Below are positions 62,966 to 64,000 of a stretch of DNA of 64,000 bases, one piece after another. The translations under genes were made by a program, and so were the position numbers. Numbering within the stretch: the stretch's first letter is position 1; each line of letters begins with the position of its first letter. Source of the DNA: Blastocatellia bacterium (GTDB lineage: Bacteria > Acidobacteriota > Blastocatellia > UBA7656 > JADIYM01); NCBI GenBank assembly GCA_021463145.1, contig JAJTWZ010000005.1:54152-118151 (forward strand), given 5' to 3'. Under the pieces are notes generated by a model. It worked only from the letters and a program-made list of their open reading frames with translations, was not told the origin of the DNA and did not search any database.

Positions 62966-64000
62966 ATGGGCGTTCAACGCAATGACTGGAGCCTCCAACG
63001 TAAGGGCCAGATCGACCAGGACCGCCACGCGGAGCGCGTTCGCGACGCCATTCGCCAGAACCTCGGCTCCATCGTCTCGAACGAGTCGATAATCCTCGCC
63101 GACGGCCAGAAGCGGGTGAAGGTCCCGATCCGTTCGCTCGACGAGTACAAGTTCCGTTTCGACCACCGCAAGCGGAAGCACGTGGCCCAGGGCGACGGAA
63201 AGACCTCTGTCGGCGACGTCGTGGGCCACGAACCGCAGCCTTCGCAGGGCGCTGGGCGGGGCCGCCGTGCCGGCGACCAGCCTGGCGTCGACTACTTCGA
63301 GGCCGACGTCGAACTCGACGAAATCGCGCGCCTCGTTTTCGAGGATCTCCATCTGCCCAACCTCCAGGAGAAGGCGAAGCGCGAGGTGCCGTCGCGCGCC
63401 ACCAGGTTCACCGAGATCCGCCGCACCGGCATCATGTCGAATCTCGACAAACGCAGGTCGCTCGTGGAGAACATCCGCCGCCAGGCGCGCGAAACCGGCC
63501 GCGCACACCTCGGACCGTTTCGCCCCGAGGACCTGCGCTACCGGACGTGGGAGGAGCAGCAGTCCTACGAGTCCAATGCAGTAGTCATCGCGATGATGGA
63601 CGTTTCGGGCTCGATGGGAGAGTTCAAGAAGTACGTCGCCCGTTCGTTCTACTTCTGGATGGTGCGATTCCTTCGCACGCGCTACGACAACGTCGAGATC
63701 GTGTTCATCAGCCACCACACCGAGGCCAGGGAGGTCACCGAAGAGCAGTTCTTCACGCAGGGCGAGTCCGGCGGCACCGTCGTCAGCTCGGCCTACCGTC
63801 TCGCGCTCGACGTAATCGCGTCCCGCTTTCCGCCGCGCGACTGGAACGTGTATCCATTTCACTTCTCGGACGGCGACAACTACTACTCAGACAACGACGA
63901 GGCTGTCAGGCTCGCCGACGAGCTCGCGTCTACATGCAATCTCTTCGGCTACGGAGAGATCGGCGACGAAGAGGGTCCGGGTTACCGCCGGCAGTCCGGC
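62966..64000 (+). CDS. YeaH/YhbH (DUF444) vWA-like protein, truncated by the window end
   Basis: ATG 62966 with SD GAGGA; MGVQRNDWSLQRKGQIDQDRH, MMDVSGSMG, ESGGT, FHFSDGDN; usual partner of prkA; not in the ORF track because there is no stop in the window. Confidence 0.9.
   Translation, partial: MGVQRNDWSLQRKGQIDQDRHAERVRDAIRQNLGSIVSNESIILADGQKRVKVPIRSLDEYKFRFDHRKRKHVAQGDGKTSVGDVVGHEPQPSQGAGRGRRAGDQPGVDYFEADVELDEIARLVFEDLHLPNLQEKAKREVPSRATRFTEIRRTGIMSNLDKRRSLVENIRRQARETGRAHLGPFRPEDLRYRTWEEQQSYESNAVVIAMMDVSGSMGEFKKYVARSFYFWMVRFLRTRYDNVEIVFISHHTEAREVTEEQFFTQGESGGTVVSSAYRLALDVIASRFPPRDWNVYPFHFSDGDNYYSDNDEAVRLADELASTCNLFGYGEIGDEEGPGYRRQSG

Overview
High-GC bacterial chromosomal window. The gene content (many zinc-ribbon/eukaryote-type Ser/Thr kinases, DUF1800/DUF1501, PrkA-YeaH) suggests Acidobacteriota, possibly Blastocatellia; this is inference only. 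From left to right it holds a predicted outer-membrane beta-barrel gene with a 1441-aa multiheme cytochrome c/LVIVD-propeller gene, then an HDAC-family enzyme. Next is a complete branched-chain amino acid operon (ilvB, ACT-ilvC in-frame fusion, ilvE, HTH-only LysR, ilvA, ilvD) with an unannotated Val/Ile/Leu-rich leader peptide and attenuator. A fragmented hisIE-trpE-trpG-trpD-trpC-trpF-purN cluster follows, interspersed with signalling genes. Then come DUF1800-DUF1501-LTXXQ, gyrA, plsC, rsmI, a short family-A DNA polymerase, a Tat-exported SOD, FG-GAP and kinase-propeller genes and a DHS-family enzyme. A complete 2582-bp ISL3 element (23-bp IRs, 8-bp TSD) carries a putative toxin-antitoxin pair whose nucleotidyltransferase has a TAG where a Trp codon (TGG) is expected. 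The window ends with a REP-like repeat, a heterodimeric ABC exporter, truB and prkA-yeaH (truncated by the window end). No rRNA, tRNA or CRISPR array was recognised.
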